Assembly: GCA_038327485.1 (NCBI GenBank)
Contig: JBBQLA010000001.1
Coordinates: forward strand, 1 to 35,855
Origin: Acidimicrobiales bacterium
GTDB taxonomy: Bacteria > Actinomycetota > Acidimicrobiia > Acidimicrobiales > Microtrichaceae
Direction: 5' to 3'
Length of the DNA: 35,855 nt
The notes beneath the pieces were generated by a model, which saw nothing but the letters and a program-made list of their open reading frames with translations, made no database searches and was not told where the DNA came from. Of this stretch, positions 31,617 to 35,855 are shown one piece after another. Positions within the stretch are counted from its first letter, which is position 1; every line of letters starts with the position of its first letter. A program made the translations under genes and the position numbers.

Positions 31617-34177
31617 TCACGTGTCGACGATGGCGGTGAGGATGTCGAGGCGGGCGGCTCGTCGTGCTGGGAGTGCGCCTGCGATGATTCCGAGGAGGCC
31701 GGCGGCGGCAAACAAGAGCACGAGTCGCCCTGGCGGGTAGGTGAGTTGCGCTGTTGCGGGGGGGAGGGCTGCGGCGCTGGCTGATCCGAACGCGACGCCG
31801 AGCGTCAGTCCGAGTACGCCGCCGAGTAGGGCGACGAGCACTCCTTCGATTCGGACCATTCGGCGCATGTGTCGGCGTTGCATCCCGACTGCTCTGAGGA
31901 GCCCGAGTTCTCGGGTGCGTTCGACGACGGAGAGCGCGAGTGTGTTGGCGATTCCCATCGCGGCGACAGCGCCCGCGAAGAGGAGCAGCACATCAACGAT
32001 GCCGAGTACCAAGTCGAGTGCGTTGGTTTGGCTGGTTACGTAGTCGTCGGCGGTTCGGGCTGACGAGTTCGGCACCACTGCGCTTGAGCTCGCCAGAGCC
32101 GAGAGAACAGCGGGCGATGAGTCGCGGGTGTTCACCAAAATCACTTTGGTGACGATCTCGAGGCCGTTGAGTCCGGAGATGGTTGCGTCACTGCCGACGG
32201 CGTCATCGAGGAGTTCGTCGCGTTCGTAGATGCCGGCAACGATAAGGACTCGATCGGCGTTGCCCGCATGGATTGTGAGCTTGCTCCCGATCTTCAGTTT
32301 CTGTTCGTCGGCGAAACTCTTCGACACCGCGACGTGCGCTCGATCGATCGGCCAACCGCCGTTGAGAAACGCGGGGTTGACCACCGTCGAGATCGATCGG
32401 ATCGATCCGATGGTGATCCCGATGTGGTTGTGATCTCCGGGTCCCGCCAACGACGCTCGGGCGCGGGTCAATGGAACCGAAGCTCGAACCCCTTTGGTGG
32501 AGGCGATCGCCTTGATGATCGAGGCGTTGAACGGCACGATCCCGTCCGCGTCGACCACCACATCGGCGCGGATCGAGGCGCGTAACGCTCCGCCGAACGC
32601 GGTCTTGACTGACTCGCCGAGGACCAGCGTGGCCGCAACGAGCGCCAGGCCGATCATCAGCGCCGACGCTGTCGCCGCTGTTCGGCGTGGGTCCCGCACA
32701 GCGTTCTGTCGGGCCAACCGGGTCGGAACGCCGCCCAGACGTTGCAAAGGCGCCCCGATCGCGCTGATGATCGGCGCGGCGAGAAATCGGGCTAACACGG
32801 TCACCCCGAGAACGGCGAGCGCTGCGCCTGCGCCGATGTATCCCATCCGCGACCCGGTCGTCATCGTTGTTCGTAACAGTCCGAGCGTCCCGAGCCCCAC
32901 CCCAACTGTTAGAGCGACGACTCCGACGGCGGGACCGCGTCGGCCGCGTTGAACAGGCGGCACCGCAGCGTCTTGCAAGGCCGCTACTGGCGGAATTCGT
33001 GTCGCTCGCCGAGCTGGCCCGATCACTGACATCAGCGTGACGCCCAGGCCGACCGCCACTGCGACGATGATGGTGCGGGGGGCGACGACGAGCGACGTCG
33101 ACGGGAGCGGGATGCTCAGCGCGCCGAGCAACGCGCGGAGACCAACAGCGATGAGCACCCCGAACAGGAGCCCCAACACTGACGCGACTGTCCCGACAAC
33201 GATGCCCTCCCCGACCACCGACCGCGACACCTGCCGCCGTGACGCCCCCACGGCGCGCAGCAATGCCAGCTCGCGGCGTCGTTGCGCCACCACCATCGAG
33301 AAGGTGTTCCAGATCAAAAACGAGCTGACGAACAGCGTGAGGGCGGCGAACCCAAACATCAGGCCGTTGAACTGCACCAATCCCGCCTGGACCTGTTGCC
33401 GTGCACTGGCCAACAGAGCATCTGCGCTGAAGACCGACGCGTTCGATCCGCCAACTCCGATGAGCGCAGATCGGATCAGATCCTTATTCAACCCCGGGGC
33501 GACTCGCACGCTGATGCTGTCAACCTGCCCGGCAGTGCCCACGAGTTCGGTGCTCGAGGAGTCGTGAACGCGAGAATCGTTCCGGCGATGCCGAGGTTTC
33601 CGCCACCCCGCTCGGCGAGGCCGACCACGTGAGCTGAGATGACTCCCCGACGTGTTGCAACTCGCAGACGACTGCCGAGTTCCAACTGACGGTCGCGCGC
33701 CGTGGTGGTGTCGATCACCGCTTCGTCAGGATTCGCCGGAGCCCGGCCTGCCAGCAGCCGCACAGCGCTCATCTCAGGGTGGTCAGGCCAATTGCTGATC
33801 GCGGTGAAATCAAAGTTGGAGGTCTTGCCGGCCTTGTCCAACAATTCAGCCTCGCCGATGACGGTCGGATCGACTTCTGTCACCCCGACGACCGCCCTGA
33901 TCCGTGTCAATAGTTCCGCTGGAACTGACCCCCGCGAACCAGCAATCCCACCGCCTTCGCCGAAATCTCCGCCGCCGCCGCCGCTCTCGGAGGCGGCCCG
34001 AACCACGAAGTCCGTGTGACCTGTCGCGTCGGCGAGGAGATGATCAATCGACGCCGACAACGTGTCGGTCAGCACGAACGACCCGACCACGAACGACACA
34101 CCAAGCACCACCGCAACAACAGTGAGAACGAACCGCCGCCAGTGGGCGCGAGCAGACCGCAGAGCCAGGCGCAGCAT
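31617..34177 (-). pseudogene. FtsX/MacB-type double-domain ABC transporter permease, interrupted by a frameshift near 33564-33566
   Basis: Track ORFs 33488..34213 and 31617..33542 are two pieces of one roughly 850-aa permease. Start is ATG 34177 behind SD GGGAGGG (MLRLALRSARAHWRRF). The reading frame changes after ..NLGIAGTILAF and continues in another frame as DSSSTELVGTAGQVDSISVRVAPG. Both FtsX 4-TM domains are present. Confidence 0.8.
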
Positions 34178-34346
34178 CAGATCCCTCCCCGGCCGTCGCC
34201 CGCTCGGCTCCAACTCTCGATCTCAAACGAACCTACCCGCACGTCACAGCCGCCCACCTCGAGCCACCATGAGAACTACGTGAGAAAATCCGGGACCGTT
34301 TGAGTTCGACGAACGAACCGGCCAACATCAACACAACTGTCCCAGC

Positions 34347-34670
34347 ATGAGGAGACAAGTGCGAGAGGATCAGGGTGTGCAGTTCAGCCCTGAGCTCCGT
34401 GACCGCGTGGCAGACGGAGCGATCACTGTTTCCTATCGCCTCTGGGCACAGCCCAGGGTCAAGGTTGGGGGCATCTATCGGATTGGCTCGGTGACGATCG
34501 AGATCGACGACATCGACTTGCTGCCGTTCTCATCGATCACGGCGGACGATCTCGCTCGAACGGGAGAACCCGACCGAGAGAGTCTGCGCAGACGGGCAGC
34601 CCATGCGGGGCCCATCGATGACGACACTGTCCTGCACCGCGTCGAATTTCATGTGCGACAAGACGAGTGA
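34347..34670 (+). CDS. ASCH (ASC-1 homology, PUA-like) domain protein
   Basis: Track ORF. The pattern FSPELRDRVADGAITVSYRLWAQPRVKVGGIYRIG..IEIDDIDLLPFSSITADDLARTGEPDRESLRRRAAHAGPI matches small actinobacterial ASCH proteins. An alternative start is GTG 34377, behind GAGAGGA. Confidence 0.72.
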   Translation: MRRQVREDQGVQFSPELRDRVADGAITVSYRLWAQPRVKVGGIYRIGSVTIEIDDIDLLPFSSITADDLARTGEPDRESLRRRAAHAGPIDDDTVLHRVEFHVRQDE

Positions 34671-34936
34671 GTACGAGTCCGGTCCCGCGTGCCGGTTGGT
34701 CGACTCATCAGCAAGGTGACGGTAAAGGTTTGCACCGCAATCACAACATCGGGGGTGGAGTCGTGATTCCCCGGCACAGCGGGACCATATCGCGCAAATG
34801 TCGCGCAAACCTCCACGGAACAGTTCGAAATCAGAAGGAACATGCCGGAACGCATGTGGGCCTCCAGCCCTTTGTTTTCAAGGGGGAGCGCCCCTGAGCG
34901 GGCCGGCACGGTTTGGCCGGGAACGGCCGAAATTTG

Positions 34937-34979
34937 GCTTCCCAAGCTGCATACGGGAGTTCGATTCTCCTCACCCGCT
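34937..34979 (+). tRNA. Partial tRNA-Gly(CCC): 3' half only (anticodon loop to discriminator), i.e. a pseudogene or att-site remnant
   Basis: GC-TTCCCAA-GCTGC-ATAC-GGGAG-TTCGATT-CTCCT-CACCCGC-T reads as: anticodon loop with CCC, 3' anticodon stem, variable loop, canonical T-arm (G53, TTCGATT, C61), 3' acceptor strand, and the discriminator U typical of tRNA-Gly. No matching 5' acceptor strand (GYGGGTG), D-arm or 5' anticodon-stem strand exists upstream, and CCA is not encoded. Confidence 0.6.
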
Positions 34980-34985
34980 CTCTCC

Positions 34986-35011
34986 GAAACCCCTGCTACG
35001 GCAGGGGTTTC
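34986..35011 (+). terminator. Strong hairpin directly after the tRNA fragment
   Basis: GAAACCCCTGC (34986-34996) pairs perfectly with GCAGGGGTTTC (35001-35011) across a TACG loop: an 11-bp stem followed by GTCGCTTCT. Confidence 0.6.
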
Positions 35012-35029
35012 GTCGCTTCTCCGGCCGAG

Positions 35030-35392
35030 CGGATTGGGATCAGCGCGGCGATGGTGCGCAATTGGTCCACAGGTCCTCGTTGGAGTGCCGAGCCGCGCCG
35101 AGCCCAACGCCGACGACCAACACCATCGTGATCCGTACTCGAGTCGACGCGATCCGACGGCGGAGCGAATTCAATCGACGGAGCATGTCATCGGAGACGC
35201 CGTGCGACGACCAACCCGTTGAGGCTCGGCAACATGACATCGAGCACGACAGCATCGAAATCGAACTCGGTCGCCATCCGCAGCCCGACTGGGCCGTCCT
35301 CAGCAATGTCGACGATGTAGCCCTCGGCCTCGAGGCCCCGACGCAGCGACGACGACATCGAACGCTCGTCCTCGAACCACCAAGATTCTCAT
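35030..35392 (-). pseudogene. Decayed OmpR-type response-regulator receiver domain (frameshifts, premature stop, no effector domain)
   Basis: ATG 35392 behind SD GGGGGAGAGG gives MRILVV. One extra C (35374) then breaks the frame. The shifted frame reads EDERSMSSSLRRGLEAEGYIVDIAEDGPVGLRMATEFDFDAVVLDVMLPSLNGLVVARRLR and stops at 35188-35190. Remnants of the later receiver helices (VGLGA.., DQLRTIAALI) lie in other frames. There is no room for a DNA-binding domain before the hairpin at 35011. Confidence 0.7.
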
Positions 35393-35753
35393 GACGCCTC
35401 TCCCCCTCGCACAGCGCGCGGCCTTGCGGTCGGCAGAGCTGATCAACCGCTCCAACGCTTCCCTCGGATTCGAAGCTGCCGCCAATCCGGATTCCCGCAG
35501 TCACTCCTGGCTCAATCAGTCGACGACGGTGGTGAGCGCCGCGTGAAGTGGGACCACCGACACGCCATCGCCTGTCTCGGTGGGTTGGGGATGGGCGTGT
35601 GACCCGAGATGATGACTTGAGCGCCTGAGGATTCTCCAGGTTCTCCCAGGAACCTCCCAGTCGCCTCTCAGGATCGGATCGTACGTTCATCCGTAGCGTT
35701 TCATCAGCGCGTCCGCGACGCCGCGGCGCGGGGACGTGACGAAAGGACCCATC

Positions 35754-35855
35754 GTGACCTCCCGAGCCCTCCTCCGAGTCGTGACGCCTCTTGTCTTTGC
35801 GGCGCTCGCTCTGAGCTCCTGCGGCTCCACACGGACGTCGGCGAGCGGCATACCG
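35754..35855 (+). CDS. Lipoprotein, N-terminus only (continues beyond the window end)
   Basis: GTG 35754 lies 6 nt after GAAAGGA. VTSRALLRVVTPLVFAALALSSCGSTRTSASGIP is a signal peptide with an L-S-S-C lipobox, open to the window end. Confidence 0.5.
   Translation, partial: MTSRALLRVVTPLVFAALALSSCGSTRTSASGIP

Noticed and set aside
34880-34985. A complete tRNA, tRNA-Sec or tmRNA around the TTCGATT T-loop
   Set aside because: - The 7-nt complement GAGCGGG (34896) / CCCGCTC (34974) would leave 2 unpaired nt between the T-stem and the acceptor stem, with no D-arm or anticodon arm.
- The TCA in TTTTCAAGG (34876-34882) has no flanking stem, which rules out tRNA-Sec.
- The acceptor end lacks the G3-U70 pair, and there is no room for a roughly 370-nt tmRNA because the ASCH CDS ends at 34670.
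- Only the 3' half fits a tRNA (Gly-CCC).
35391-35546. 51-codon plus-strand ORF (MTPLPLAQRAALRSAELINRSNASLGFEAAANPDSRSHSWLNQSTTVVSAA) with high GC3
   Set aside because: It has no SD, and its ATG overlaps the response-regulator start on the opposite strand. No motif was recognised. It may be a remnant of another decayed gene, and the support is insufficient to call it.

Overview
This is high-GC actinobacterial DNA: it carries a WhiB-family gene, egtB/egtD, and Tat lipoproteins. It is densely coding, and many gene pairs have 4-nt start/stop overlaps.

Gene content, left to right:
- The 5' end of a MobF/TrwC conjugative relaxase, running off the left edge.
- A phosphate-scavenging set: a PstS-like binding protein, PhoU plus tiny downstream ORFs, Tat-lipoprotein PhoD, a PAP2 phosphatase, a phospholipase C/AcpA-type phosphoesterase, and SurE.
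- A lower-GC patch of small ORFs. It includes a Shine-Dalgarno (SD)-preceded 17-codon polylysine mini-gene behind a tandem palindromic operator, and a WhiB-family gene.
- A nine-gene minus-strand array: two SMP-30 lactonases, a GlcG-GlcG fusion, a redoxin, a double DUF427, an orphan RsrA-like zinc anti-sigma factor, a glycogen debranching enzyme, then egtB and egtD.
- A divergent operon: glucose-1-dehydrogenase-like SDR, cyclase, GMC oxidoreductase.
- An ECF sigma/anti-sigma pair.
- A GH63-like glucosidase, a flavoprotein disulfide reductase and a CPA2 antiporter.
- A frameshifted orphan FtsX permease and an ASCH protein.
- A 3' half of tRNA-Gly(CCC) with its terminator, a decayed response regulator, and a lipoprotein start at the right edge.

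Most interesting candidates:
- The sigma-less anti-sigma paralog locked inside the redox/lactonase operon next to the ergothioneine genes.
- The polylysine mini-gene and its GTCAAC-N5-GTTGAC operators, which recur in the Pho-gene promoters.
- An SD/anti-SD switch-like hairpin upstream of surE.
- The relaxase plus partial-tRNA signature, which suggests a large integrated element.

No CRISPR array, rRNA or intact tRNA was seen. All calls rest on reading the sequence by eye; no database search was run.
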